DNA from: Promethearchaeota archaeon
GTDB lineage: Archaea; Asgardarchaeota; Heimdallarchaeia; Hodarchaeales; Hodarchaeaceae
Direction: 5' to 3'
NCBI GenBank assembly: GCA_048938105.1
Contig: JBHLMN010000011.1
Coordinates: forward strand, 32,001-96,000
DNA length: 64,000 bases
Shown piece by piece: positions 48,992 through 59,523 of the stretch; within the stretch, counting starts at the first letter, position 1, and every line of letters starts with the position of its first letter. Under the pieces are notes generated by a model that searched no databases, had not been told where the DNA came from, and saw only the letters and a list, made by a program, of their open reading frames with translations. The position numbers and the translations under genes were made by a program.

Positions 48992-50389
48992 TTATTGTGT
49001 TGCTGTGGTAATTCGACAATCTTTTACCCGTATAGTTGGAATCCATGTAGGAGTCCGCACCTCCCACCATTTAACCTGTACCCGATCGTTCCCCATTGCC
49101 TCAATATTGGTAAACTGTCGCAAGAGATTATCACTTATACGAAAGTTCTTCAATGGTTTCCCTAATTCCCCATTTTTAATGAGGAAGGCAGCATCTCTAG
49201 GGATTGTACTACATTCAGTTGATATTCTGCTGGTAAACCGAGTGTACCAGTTACAGGTAACCAAAACAGCTGGATTTGAACCTTCTAACAGTTCAGCAAA
49301 AGTATGATCTCCATTATTGAAGATTATATTTGTAAGAGCGGGAATTAAAATTTTACTGCCAGTCCGACTCCCCCATATTGATCCCAAATCAAGTAATTCC
49401 CCATTTCCAGTTGATTTTCCTTGAGACATCTTACCTGTTGAGGTATTATGTATGAAATTGATCAATATTCCTTCATGAATAATGTCTGTTTTTTGTCGTG
49501 GTGTTCCTTCAAAATCAAATGGTGATGAAGCCAGCCCCTTTGACTTTAATCCATTATCTGAAACTGATACAAATTCAGGGGTTAATTTCTCACCCATTTT
49601 ATCACCTAAGGCACTCATTCCCATCATAATAGAAACTGGATTTGCCATAGCTGGAATATTTCCTAGTAAATTCGCTCCAACTGCAGGAGCCATAATAATA
49701 TCATACTTGCCTGGTTTTGCTTGATGAGCTCCTTTATGTAATTTAGAGAAATGTCCAGCACGTTCCCCTGCAGCTGTTAACTCCTTTTCAGCCGTTGTTG
49801 GTATTAAACCACAAGCTAAACCTTGGCCAGATGCATCTAATTCTTCTTGAAATCCTCTAATCGTAAGATTAAAGAAGGTTCTAGAATAGTTCCCATAAGG
49901 CCCTGCTGAACTGCGTAAATAGAAGTCCTCTTGGCCAAAAAGAAAAGACCCAGCAGCTCTTTTAGCACCTGTAGCAATTGCTGTATCGATACTTGCATTC
50001 ACAAATTGTGGTGCTTTTTCCCTAAAATCTTTAATTTTAGAATCGAATATCCCTGACAAATGGGAATGTGTTGTGATTCTTTCCTCAACCCCATGAAAGA
50101 ATGGACTAGGAGACATTTTTTCTGCAAATTTTACTAATTCTCTGACCTGTTTTCGAACATGTTCATCTGAACCAGGAGAAAATTCAATTACCGCTAATTG
50201 ATTTTTTTCAACAACCACAAATAATTCCAATAACTCTGTTTGCCATTGTTTGTTAATATCTATCTTATTTTGGGAGAATCGTATCTGGTTGTAAATCCTA
50301 TTAACCCCTCGTCCAATAATCAGATCAACGTTCATATCTTGTCCGTAATCAAGTGCTAAATCTGTAAACGCCTTCATTTGTTCTGTCAT
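48992..50389 (-). CDS. tldE: TldE/PmbA family protein
   Basis: IRFSQN, PGKYDII, PFDFEG, RISDNL; no HExxxH; directly downstream of tldD. Confidence 0.88.
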   Translation of the reverse strand: MTEQMKAFTDLALDYGQDMNVDLIIGRGVNRIYNQIRFSQNKIDINKQWQTELLELFVVVEKNQLAVIEFSPGSDEHVRKQVRELVKFAEKMSPSPFFHGVEERITTHSHLSGIFDSKIKDFREKAPQFVNASIDTAIATGAKRAAGSFLFGQEDFYLRSSAGPYGNYSRTFFNLTIRGFQEELDASGQGLACGLIPTTAEKELTAAGERAGHFSKLHKGAHQAKPGKYDIIMAPAVGANLLGNIPAMANPVSIMMGMSALGDKMGEKLTPEFVSVSDNGLKSKGLASSPFDFEGTPRQKTDIIHEGILINFIHNTSTGKMSQGKSTGNGELLDLGSIWGSRTGSKILIPALTNIIFNNGDHTFAELLEGSNPAVLVTCNWYTRFTSRISTECSTIPRDAAFLIKNGELGKPLKNFRISDNLLRQFTNIEAMGNDRVQVKWWEVRTPTWIPTIRVKDCRITTATQ

Positions 50390-50400
50390 TAGTTTCTCAC

Positions 50401-51813
50401 CTATCCTAATCTAATACCCCGCATTCTAACGTGTCCACCACCAGCGTAAACTGGTACTCCTTGCATAGGATCACTTTTTCCACAGATCCCTGGAAAATCA
50501 AAAGTAAGATCTCTAGAAACACCGTCAATTGAAGAAAATAATCCCACAGAAGTAAGTTCCATTACTGGACGACGAATCATTATCTCTGTAATTTCACCAT
50601 TCACTATTTGGTAACATTCAAAACCAACATATTTACTTTGATAACGTCGATCATCAATATTCCACTCCGTAAATGATAGCATATATATTCCATGTTTCAC
50701 ATCTTCAACCAGTTCTTCAAACGTGAAATCTCCTGGTTTCATATAAGTATTGGACATTCTTATTATAGGCTCACGATCAAAATTTTCAGATCTAGCTGAA
50801 CCATTTGACCCAAGACCAAATTTCACACCAAATTCTCTATTTAGTAAGGGTTCATTAATTATTCCATTTTTAATCAGAATTCTTTCACGTGCTTTCACAC
50901 CTTCATCATCATATTCATAATAACCGCCTGTACCTATAAGAGTAGGATCTTCACAAATTGTCACATGTTCAGAACCAACACGAGACTCTCCTAACTTTAA
51001 ATCACGCCAAAATGATTCCCCAGCTTGGGCACCTTCACGTCCCATGATTCTATCACCTTCACTAGGATGTCCACAATTTTCGTGACAAATAATACCCACA
51101 ACTTCAGGCCCAACAACAAAGTCTACTTTTCCTGTAATTCTACTGTCTGATTGAGCTGCAACTTTTGCTAATCGGGCGCAATGATCATCATATTCATCTA
51201 ACCAAGTTTTTACTCCTTCCCAACCAGTACTACGAGTTAAATCAACCCACCTTTGTTCAGAGTCTAGAAGTCCTTTAGCTGTTATAATTGAATAATATTT
51301 TAACATGGATAGATTCCCCTCGATCTTAGTCCCCTCAGAGGTTATGATATATTTTTTTGAACTCTGTGCCTCAAAGGTAGTTGCTCTAGTATTGATATTA
51401 TGATTTTCTGCCATTTTATCCATTTCTTGCAATAGTTCGAGCATTGTATCGGTATCAATGTCCTCTAATTTTTCTTTTGTATGAACCTCCCATTTTGCCT
51501 CATTCGTGATCGGATCACCAAAATCTATCTTTTCTTTAGGATTAGAGCGCTTTGCCATTTTCACTCCTGAGATAATAGCCCCTTTTACTTCTTTTTTTGA
51601 TATTTTGTCCACCGATACGAAGGCTAATCCTCCATTTACAAGGATACGAAACCCAATACCCAGCCATGGTTTATGTTCTCCTGAAATTAATGTACCATTA
51701 TGTAAAAAGAACACAGTTTTTTGTCCATCAATTAATCTCGCTTCTGCATAATCTGCACCATTTTGGTGAGCTAAGTCAACCCCATATTCAGCCAAATCTT
51801 TTCCAACTGACAT
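50401..51813 (-). CDS. tldD: TldD family metalloprotease
   Basis: HENCGHPSEGD, YDDEGV, RMSNTY, CGK..PMQ; start taken at MSVGK. Confidence 0.92.
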   Translation of the reverse strand: MSVGKDLAEYGVDLAHQNGADYAEARLIDGQKTVFFLHNGTLISGEHKPWLGIGFRILVNGGLAFVSVDKISKKEVKGAIISGVKMAKRSNPKEKIDFGDPITNEAKWEVHTKEKLEDIDTDTMLELLQEMDKMAENHNINTRATTFEAQSSKKYIITSEGTKIEGNLSMLKYYSIITAKGLLDSEQRWVDLTRSTGWEGVKTWLDEYDDHCARLAKVAAQSDSRITGKVDFVVGPEVVGIICHENCGHPSEGDRIMGREGAQAGESFWRDLKLGESRVGSEHVTICEDPTLIGTGGYYEYDDEGVKARERILIKNGIINEPLLNREFGVKFGLGSNGSARSENFDREPIIRMSNTYMKPGDFTFEELVEDVKHGIYMLSFTEWNIDDRRYQSKYVGFECYQIVNGEITEIMIRRPVMELTSVGLFSSIDGVSRDLTFDFPGICGKSDPMQGVPVYAGGGHVRMRGIRLG

Positions 51814-52136
51814 CCTTATCAACTCTAGAAATACTATTACCATAGTTTTATCGGTATTAGCTAATTTATTTTTTATCTGCAAATATCTTTCTCTCGGGTT
51901 TTTTAAACTCTTGTCAAGAAAATATTAAACAATTTCATCTCAATGTAGTAATGGTTAAAATCAAGCTCGAGTCTTTAATTTAGGGACTGCTTTTAACAAT
52001 AGAAATAATTGAGGCACACAAAGGCATAATTACAGCTCAGAGTGAGGGAATGGGTAATAAATAACCTTTTGTATTACCTTATTACGAGAGAAATTAATAG
52101 AACCTAAGTAAAAATAACTAAACAGAACAGGATAGA

Positions 52137-52268
52137 TTAATGCCAGTACCAACGCATTTTCTCTAATTCTTCTGCAGAAATCTTGGGTTCCTTGCCGTAC
52201 TTCTTTTCCAAATCATTGTACTTCTTAATAGTACCTTTGGGTAGGTTTTTGTGATGAGACGATGACAT
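52137..52268 (-). CDS. 43 aa microprotein (KYGKEPKI-WxWH family, copy 2)
   Basis: MSSSHHKNLPKGTIKKYNDLEKKYGKEPKISAEELEKMRWYWH*; TTTAAA 26-31 nt upstream of the ATG (leaderless-type promoter). Confidence 0.75.
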   Translation of the reverse strand: MSSSHHKNLPKGTIKKYNDLEKKYGKEPKISAEELEKMRWYWH

Positions 52269-52390
52269 ACAATTTTCATTATAGTATGAACCCTTTAAAC
52301 TCGAAAGAGAGAGAGTTAATCGAAAATGAAACTATGGTAGTGAATGAAGATTTATAAAGAGCTTAATCATCTATATAATTGATGATAAGT

Positions 52391-52522
52391 ATGACATTTA
52401 AGAAAAATCGCTCTTCTCCACGATTAAAAAAACACAAGATCAATAAAGAGGTTGTAGAGCAAATAAAAGACACTAAACGTCGTATGAAAGAGAAAATCAC
52501 AGAATCTAAACCTAAGAAATAA
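52391..52522 (+). CDS. 43 aa Lys/Arg-rich microprotein
   Basis: MTFKKNRSSPRLKKHKINKEVVEQIKDTKRRMKEKITESKPKK*; tatataa upstream. Confidence 0.5.
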   Translation: MTFKKNRSSPRLKKHKINKEVVEQIKDTKRRMKEKITESKPKK

Positions 52523-52615
52523 TAGATCAAAAATTTTGAGTGGTAATCCAGCAATCCTTAGTTATAATAACAATACATACAATTTCCAAAAAAGCTAATC
52601 GTTAGAGGTGACCAT

Positions 52616-52735
52616 ATGCCCCGAAAAGGAAAGGGAGTTAGACGTATTCTCCGAGAAGAAAAAAGATTGCGAGAGAAAAAAAAACAAGGGAAAAAATCTT
52701 GGCGTTTTAAAAAAGAAAATATCAATATGGACTGA
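52616..52735 (+). CDS. 39 aa Lys/Arg-rich microprotein
   Basis: gaggtga RBS; MPRKGKGVRRILREEKRLREKKKQGKKSWRFKKENINMD*; ends 18 nt before the tlyA-like gene. Confidence 0.6.
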   Translation: MPRKGKGVRRILREEKRLREKKKQGKKSWRFKKENINMD

Positions 52736-52753
52736 TTATATGATGTGGAGTGA

Positions 52754-53467
52754 TTGAGTATGCGTTTAGATGAATGGCTGGTTCAAACGCAATATTTTTC
52801 TTCCAGATCAAAAGCTAATCGCTTCATTCGAAATATTGGGGTAATTATAAATGAAAAACTTGTGAAAAAACCAGCTTATAAAGTAAAACTTCATGACCAT
52901 GTTAATATTGAGGAATCAGCACTTCAGACTTTTACAAAACCGTTAGGTTATGTCAAAATGAAATGGTTATCTTCAAATCCTCATTTCCCTCCCATTAATC
53001 TGCAAGATAAATGCTTAGATATAGGTGCAAGTGCTGGAGGATTTAGTCTTTATCTGTTAGAACAAAATGTACACTCTGTGCTAGCAATTGAAATCTCACC
53101 AGATTTTAAGCCATTTTTAGAAGAAATCCAAAATAAATTCCCTAATAAGTTCTCATATTGGATAAAAGATTTTTTTAAAATAACTTCCAATAGTTTTCCT
53201 TGTCTTTTCAATCTTATCACAGCTGATTTAACATTGGATCCCTATTTTTTACTTGAGAAATTAGAGCTTTTTACTTCACTCTTACAACCATCTTCAATTC
53301 AAGCACGTCTTCTATTAACAATTAAAACTGGGAAAATCACAAATTTTAAAGATGTACTGGTGAAAATTGAGCAAAATGTTGATGATCTTTGTACAGATAT
53401 ATCCCTTAAATGGCTAGAATCATTACCAGATAAACAAGAACAATTTCTACTTCTTTTAAAGTCGTAG
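52754..53467 (+). CDS. TlyA-like rRNA 2'-O-methyltransferase (S4 + FtsJ domains)
   Basis: MRLDEWL...SRSKA...KPAY (S4); LDIGASAGGFS. Confidence 0.85.
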   Translation: MSMRLDEWLVQTQYFSSRSKANRFIRNIGVIINEKLVKKPAYKVKLHDHVNIEESALQTFTKPLGYVKMKWLSSNPHFPPINLQDKCLDIGASAGGFSLYLLEQNVHSVLAIEISPDFKPFLEEIQNKFPNKFSYWIKDFFKITSNSFPCLFNLITADLTLDPYFLLEKLELFTSLLQPSSIQARLLLTIKTGKITNFKDVLVKIEQNVDDLCTDISLKWLESLPDKQEQFLLLLKS

Positions 53468-53589
53468 TTTATAATATTAAAAAATAATTTTGAATGAACA
53501 ACGTTTTCTATTCCATTAATAGTCAAAAAATATAAACCTAATTTTCTTGATCATCCTTACCAAAATTCTCTTATCAGGAATGTGCATTT

Positions 53590-54012
53590 ATGGGTGATGA
53601 AAGTCCTAAATTAAAATATCTAAGTGAAAAGTGGCTAGAGGAAGTAATAAAGCGGATTAAAGCGAATTTAACTGCTGAGGATATGAAAAAAGTTTCCTCT
53701 TCAATGAAGAATATATATCAAAATTGTCCTGATGGGAAAATCCATTACTTATTTTTTAAATTCGAAAATGGTCTCCTAGATGAAGCTTTAGTTGGAACCG
53801 ATGAAGATGAGGTGGCAAAGAAACCATCTGAATTTCAAATTCTTGGGGATTATGAAACTTTCTCCCTAATCTCTCAAGCCAAATTGGGAGCTAGGAGTGC
53901 ATTAATGAGAAATAAAATTAAATTGAAAGGAAGCATGGTTAAAGCTTTACGTTTAGCTAGTGTTGTTGATCGTCTAAATAAAATCATTGCTACCGTACCA
54001 ACCGAGTTTTAA
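53590..54012 (+). CDS. SCP2 sterol/lipid-binding domain protein
   Basis: YLSEKW, ALMRNKIKLKGSMVKAL. Confidence 0.85.
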   Translation: MGDESPKLKYLSEKWLEEVIKRIKANLTAEDMKKVSSSMKNIYQNCPDGKIHYLFFKFENGLLDEALVGTDEDEVAKKPSEFQILGDYETFSLISQAKLGARSALMRNKIKLKGSMVKALRLASVVDRLNKIIATVPTEF

Positions 54013-54022
54013 GGGATATATT

Positions 54023-55216
54023 ATGGATTATTACTATTCAATTGATCATAAAAAGCGATTGAAACTAATACAAGATAAGATGGAAGAGTGGGGATTATCC
54101 GTTTATCTTGGATCCCGATTACGAACCTTAAGCTATGTCGGTGATGTGTTTTGTCCTTGGCGCTCCTTTATTGTAATCCCTCAATCCGATGATCCAATAA
54201 TTTACACCTTTATTATTGATGCTGAGAGAGTACGGGACGACAGTTGGCTTGAGGAGGTTCGTGGATTTGGCCCATTAGGAGGCGGTCATCAGATCGACGT
54301 TATTGGAGAAGCTCTAAATGAATTTTTAACTGGTTCTGGAGTAGGAAAGATTGGAGTCGAATTAGGTATGTCCAATTACTTACCTGAGGGTCATTTAACA
54401 ACAGAAGAGTATAACGCTTTAACCAAGACTCTTCCAGATGCTGAATTCATCAACAGTATTGACATTATTGACGAAATCTCTATGTTTAAAGACCCTGGGG
54501 AAATAAATCGTTTTCGAAAAGCTTCGGATATCGTTGATATTGGCCATCAAGCTGTTTTGGATGAACTAGAAATTGGAATGACAGAAACTGAGATCGCAGG
54601 TTTAGCTGAATATGCCATGAGAAAAGCAGGGAGTGAGTGGGCCTGGTCCTTTACTGGCGGTAACGAGATCGCTTCTGGTTACCGAACAGCTTATCCTATG
54701 GGAGCTTGCACTCCAGCCACGAGACGAAGAATCAATTCAGGGGAGCCACTTATGGTTGATCTGCATGCAATGTTTAAACTAGGATTAGGAGATCATGCAC
54801 ATAATTATTTAATAGTTCCAGTAAATAAAAAGCAACAAGAACATGCAAATAACTTCATTGAGACAATCACTCGGGTTTTGGATCTTTATCAACCTGGTAT
54901 GACTCCTGGAAGGATGGCTGATGACATGATGGATTGGGCAGACATGAAAGGTTTTGCACAATTTCTAGTACCAGGATTTGAACATGGAATAGGATTAATG
55001 GGAGATGAATGGCGTATCGGTATGAACGATGGACCAATTCCTTATTGGACTAACCCTGATCACGTATACAAAGAAAACATGATGTTAATCTGTGCTATGC
55101 AATATATGTCTCCAGAAGATGAAGTAGGCTTTCGTTATGAAGCTCCAATTGTCATCACAAACGATGGGTGTGATGTGTTAGCCAAAACACCTCTTGAAGT
55201 TACTATTTTTGGATGA
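54023..55216 (+). CDS. M24 family (Xaa-Pro peptidase/creatinase-like) protein
   Basis: KDPGEI, GMTETEI, VDL, GDH, HGIG, GFRYE. Confidence 0.85.
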   Translation: MDYYYSIDHKKRLKLIQDKMEEWGLSVYLGSRLRTLSYVGDVFCPWRSFIVIPQSDDPIIYTFIIDAERVRDDSWLEEVRGFGPLGGGHQIDVIGEALNEFLTGSGVGKIGVELGMSNYLPEGHLTTEEYNALTKTLPDAEFINSIDIIDEISMFKDPGEINRFRKASDIVDIGHQAVLDELEIGMTETEIAGLAEYAMRKAGSEWAWSFTGGNEIASGYRTAYPMGACTPATRRRINSGEPLMVDLHAMFKLGLGDHAHNYLIVPVNKKQQEHANNFIETITRVLDLYQPGMTPGRMADDMMDWADMKGFAQFLVPGFEHGIGLMGDEWRIGMNDGPIPYWTNPDHVYKENMMLICAMQYMSPEDEVGFRYEAPIVITNDGCDVLAKTPLEVTIFG

Positions 55217-55235
55217 TTTGGGTTTGTAGATATCT

Positions 55236-55802
55236 TTATCTTTCCCTTTCCTCTAATTTTATGAGATTACCGTTTGTTGTCTCATAGATATAACCAACAA
55301 CTTCCACTCCAGTTGGTGAGATTAAAGGATGTTCTCGAATACTTTCAACCGTTTTCTGGATCTGTACTTTAACATCTTTAAAACCACGAAATGCTTCTGT
55401 AGGATTAGAGGAGTTTAGCAGATGTAAGACTTTTTCACGTGAAATACTTGCTTTTTGGGAAATATTGGACAATAACTGGTTCATATGATCCTCTGTCATC
55501 TTCCCTCCACAATCGGTGTGACCACAAACCACGATTAAATTTACATTCAGCTCATATACAGAAATTAATAAGGAACGAAGACTATCAAGAGTTAATAATG
55601 CACCTGCAGTCCTAATAATGATAGCTTCTCCTGGATCTTCAATCCCAAATACACTAGAGACTATCCGACAATCTATACACGTTAGAATGGCTACTCGCCA
55701 CATAGGTTTGTTTGTTAATTCCCCATAAGGAAAGTAGAACTTAAGATTTCTCCATTTTTTAAATTTAACATCTAAACTGTTAACATCCATTGTTATCAAC
55801 AA
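55236..55802 (-). CDS. Beta-class carbonic anhydrase
   Basis: LTCIDCR, RTAGA, GHTDCG. Confidence 0.9.
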   Translation of the reverse strand: MLITMDVNSLDVKFKKWRNLKFYFPYGELTNKPMWRVAILTCIDCRIVSSVFGIEDPGEAIIIRTAGALLTLDSLRSLLISVYELNVNLIVVCGHTDCGGKMTEDHMNQLLSNISQKASISREKVLHLLNSSNPTEAFRGFKDVKVQIQKTVESIREHPLISPTGVEVVGYIYETTNGNLIKLEERER

Positions 55803-55943
55803 GGAAATGCTTCAGGTAATTCCTTGTCAAAGCACTATTTATACCAGCTCTTGTCAGACTTAATGCTTAAAGAAGAAGAAAGATGATCATAATCAAAACT
55901 AAATTTACCCAGTTAAAGAGAAATGAATGTAAAGTATTATTAC

Positions 55944-57671
55944 TTATTCTGATGGTTCATATGTTTCTAATGGTGGTAAATACAAAGTAGAGAATAAAGA
56001 AAGATCAATTTCAAATGAAGCAGCAGGGACAAATATTTCCCAATTCTCAAGTAATAATGGAGAGACCTCACCAATTAGCCCGATTTCATCATCATCAACT
56101 AATATTCTCGCTGTTCTTCCTTGAATAAATTCAGGTGATTCAGTAACTTCAAGTTTGTATTTAGTTCCTAATGTTTGAAGTAAAGTTTCTAGAATACTGT
56201 GACAATGCTCGAATGAAACTTCAGCGCCAGCTAGGATAACTGCAGCCTTGTTGATAGTTTTAATTGTGTTATCCCCTACTATGACAACTTCTCCTACTTC
56301 AAAGAGGTATTGTGGATACTCTGTATGTGTATTTCGAGATAGAAAATCAAATAATCCAGGTAAGAGACGATTCCTCACAACTGAATAGGTTTGACTTACT
56401 GGATTAGCAACTTGAACACAAGAAGAAAGGACATCACCATCATATCCCATTAATGAAGATAATTTTGTTGGGTCAGTGAGGCTGAAGTTGAGAACCTCTT
56501 GCAATGAGCACCCACTTAAAATTTCCCGAACATAATTCTCACTTACCGTTCGAGGAGATAATCCCCCTATTGTTGGAACCTCTGAACCAGCGGGTTCAAT
56601 GTTCATATATCCATATGCAATTGCTACTTCCTCTGCCACATCAACCCAATGAAGTATATCTACTCGGTAGGGAGGGTATTTAACAACTAATGAACCATTT
56701 TTTTCAACAGCATCCAATCTTCTTTTACGAAGTAATTTGATAATGTCTTTTACGGTTAAATTAAGATCCAAATAATTCTCAATATCTTCTGGTTCTACTA
56801 CTATTTCATTTGGTTTAGTTTCAGGAGTGACTAGTGTACTAGGCGCATCTCCATGATTTTTTGGGTAATGAATTTCTACACTATATACTTTACCGTCACG
56901 ATCTCTTATTGCTTGCGTAATCAATGTGTTGACCACTTTAACGACTTCAAGGTTAGTTCCTGTGACTTCCACTAGGACATCAGTTGTTTCTTCGTTTATA
57001 CGTCCAACATCATTACTATTAATTATTGGAGGCATGGAAAGAATGACATCATTCACATCTCGAAGAATAGGTAGATCTCCTTTAGAAGGTAATATGTTAC
57101 CATACTCAATACCTTTTTCATGTCTTATTAGGATTTCATCTAACGTCATTTTCTCGTTATATCCAAGGGGATAGAAAGAAGTTGATCGTGGGGTAAGGCC
57201 ATAGTAAATAGGACTTTCTAGCATATTAGCATTATAAATTCCAATAGAAGAACGACGACGACGACGTCCATATGAAAAATCAACTTTCTCCTGTAATTGG
57301 ATCAATTGTTTAATAAGGAAATCAGAGAACTTTACTCCTTTAATAAGGGAACAAGCAATGTATGGACGAATGGGTTTAATTCGGGGGTCTACTTCTATTA
57401 CAAAACCACTAGGTTCGGCAGAGATCTCAGTCAATCCTTCTTGCAAGCCTATTATACCACTGATCTCTCTTACAAGCCCTTCAACACCCCAGATGTCTGG
57501 TCGATTAGAAGTTTTGCAGTCAACTTTAATATAACCCTCATCGGCCAAATCATGTTCTTCGATTTCCGATTTAGCAAAGCTAAAGAGACGATCCAATTCC
57601 TCTATTGAAGTATTGTCAGGTAGATTAAGTAATTCAATTATATCAAAGTATGATATTTTGAAAGCAACCAA
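55944..57671 (-). CDS. pheT: Phenylalanine--tRNA ligase beta subunit (archaeal/eukaryotic type)
   Basis: NRPDIW, SMPPIINS, PPYRVDILHWVDVAEEVAIAYGY. Confidence 0.97.
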   Translation of the reverse strand: MVAFKISYFDIIELLNLPDNTSIEELDRLFSFAKSEIEEHDLADEGYIKVDCKTSNRPDIWGVEGLVREISGIIGLQEGLTEISAEPSGFVIEVDPRIKPIRPYIACSLIKGVKFSDFLIKQLIQLQEKVDFSYGRRRRRSSIGIYNANMLESPIYYGLTPRSTSFYPLGYNEKMTLDEILIRHEKGIEYGNILPSKGDLPILRDVNDVILSMPPIINSNDVGRINEETTDVLVEVTGTNLEVVKVVNTLITQAIRDRDGKVYSVEIHYPKNHGDAPSTLVTPETKPNEIVVEPEDIENYLDLNLTVKDIIKLLRKRRLDAVEKNGSLVVKYPPYRVDILHWVDVAEEVAIAYGYMNIEPAGSEVPTIGGLSPRTVSENYVREILSGCSLQEVLNFSLTDPTKLSSLMGYDGDVLSSCVQVANPVSQTYSVVRNRLLPGLFDFLSRNTHTEYPQYLFEVGEVVIVGDNTIKTINKAAVILAGAEVSFEHCHSILETLLQTLGTKYKLEVTESPEFIQGRTARILVDDDEIGLIGEVSPLLLENWEIFVPAASFEIDLSLFSTLYLPPLETYEPSE

Positions 57672-57682
57672 GATTTACACCT

Positions 57683-59176
57683 CTAGATCAAAGGAACTTT
57701 CCGTAACCAATTCAAGTTTTGGGTGAAGAGCTCACGAATATCGCTAATTCCTCGATTTACCATATAGAGTCTATCCACCCCGAGACCCCATGCAATTACT
57801 GGATCAGAAATGCCAAAAGGCGCAGTAACCTCGGGACGAAAGATACCAGAACCGCCAAACTCAATATAACCGAGCTTAGGATGATAAGCACTAAGTTCAG
57901 CAGAGGGACTAGTGAATGGATAATAATCAGGCTTGAATCTAACTTTAGATGCCCCTGCGATTTCAATGGCAAAAGTTTTTAGAAGTCCTAGAAGGGTACG
58001 GAAGGTGATAGAGGGATCACAGGAAATTCCTTCCAGCTGATTGAACTCAGAAAGGTGAACAGCATCAACTGAATCAGGTCTATAACATCGCGCTATAGAG
58101 AAGTATTTTGCAGGAATTTTCATCTTATAAAGCGTCCTAGCACTCACAGCTGTTCCTTGAGGTCTTAATATCAATTGAGCAGCTTTTGATGGATCCCATT
58201 TATACCGCCACCCTCGTGAACCTACAGGTTCGCCAGTCTCATGAACAAGTTGAACGTTTTTAACGAGCTCCTGATCTTTCGGAAGGTTTCCATGAGTTGG
58301 TTTCTTTATAGTATACACATCAGACCATTCACGCGCTGAATGATCTTGGGCTTGGAATAAGGCATCAAAGTTCCAGAACTCAGACTCAACAAGTGGGCCC
58401 CTCATCTCGGTAAATCCAAGACCCACAAGTTTTTGTTTTACTTCATCCAAGAACATAAGATATGGATGTTTTCTACCTATTGGGATTTTTTTAGGATGAC
58501 TAGTAACATTATAGCTTTTTAGCTTTAAAGATCGCCATTCACCAGATCGTATATGATATGGAGTCAATCGTGACACAGTTTCTACAATTTGAGTTTTTTG
58601 TAATGCTTTGGATCCTGAATTAGTTATTTCAACGGTTGTACGTTGTCGTTCTTTTAATTCAATGAATCCTCTTTTCGAAAGTACTGGTAGTATTTTTTTT
58701 GAAACGGGAAATAAATGATCTTCAGATAAAGATTTCAAGGTTGCTTCTAATTCTTGATTTAAATTTGCTTCTCTTTCAACAGGAATAAGATTTCCTTTCT
58801 TAATTTTGATTAAATCCGCATTTCTTAATTTTCCAATTCCAGCGTTTACTTCCTGCTTAGTTAAACCTAAATTAGAAGAGAGCTGAGCTATTGGTATTCC
58901 TTTAGGTTTATTCTTTACTAGTTTCAATATCTGATTTTCCGGTAATCCCGCATTAACAATTTTTTGACCTTCTCTTGTTAATACAACACGAGTGATAATT
59001 TTTACATCTCTACTTGCCAATTTTTCTTTATTCAATTGTGAGGTAATTTGTTCTACTTTGGCATGGGGTTTCCCAACAATTTCAGCCAATTGATCTATTG
59101 TAACGGGCCCACTTTTACTCAATTGATCTAAGATTTCCGCCATATCTGGAGTAATGATGATAGAATCCTTATTCAA
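57683..59176 (-). CDS. pheS: Phenylalanine--tRNA ligase alpha subunit
   Basis: FWNFDALFQAQDHSARE, DAVHLSEFNQLEG, YYPFTSPS, GIFRPE, WGLGVDRL. Confidence 0.97.
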   Translation of the reverse strand: MNKDSIIITPDMAEILDQLSKSGPVTIDQLAEIVGKPHAKVEQITSQLNKEKLASRDVKIITRVVLTREGQKIVNAGLPENQILKLVKNKPKGIPIAQLSSNLGLTKQEVNAGIGKLRNADLIKIKKGNLIPVEREANLNQELEATLKSLSEDHLFPVSKKILPVLSKRGFIELKERQRTTVEITNSGSKALQKTQIVETVSRLTPYHIRSGEWRSLKLKSYNVTSHPKKIPIGRKHPYLMFLDEVKQKLVGLGFTEMRGPLVESEFWNFDALFQAQDHSAREWSDVYTIKKPTHGNLPKDQELVKNVQLVHETGEPVGSRGWRYKWDPSKAAQLILRPQGTAVSARTLYKMKIPAKYFSIARCYRPDSVDAVHLSEFNQLEGISCDPSITFRTLLGLLKTFAIEIAGASKVRFKPDYYPFTSPSAELSAYHPKLGYIEFGGSGIFRPEVTAPFGISDPVIAWGLGVDRLYMVNRGISDIRELFTQNLNWLRKVPLI

Positions 59177-59523
59177 CTCGTTTGAAACTCCTTTATCTGA
59201 AAAATGGTAATTCTGCTTATTTTTTGTAAGATTCGTGATCGATGTAAAAGTAATTGTAAAAATAGATAATTTGACAGGTTTAGTGATGCCTTATTTAATA
59301 CAAAAGAAGAGTCATTTTCATTTAGGGCTGTGTAAAGTCCAAGGCATCTACCTCAACCAGAGCCAGAATAAGAGTTAATTTAAATGTTTCGATTATTCTC
59401 TATTTTGTTCTTTAGTTATCTCAGATTTTTATCACAAAGGGTGTTCTCTCTGATTAACAGCCCAATCTTTCCCCCAGATCTTAGATTCACCTCATTAATC
59501 ACTAGTATCACTTAATTCCACCG

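Noticed and set aside
52137-52280. Zn-finger ribosomal protein (eL40-like) in this gap
   Set aside because: No CxxC pairs in any frame examined; the credible ORF is the WxWH microprotein
59283-59350. Inverted repeat gatgcctt/aaggcatc upstream of pheS as a T-box-like leader
   Set aside because: Only an 8-bp stem, with no T-box consensus or specifier loop recognisable
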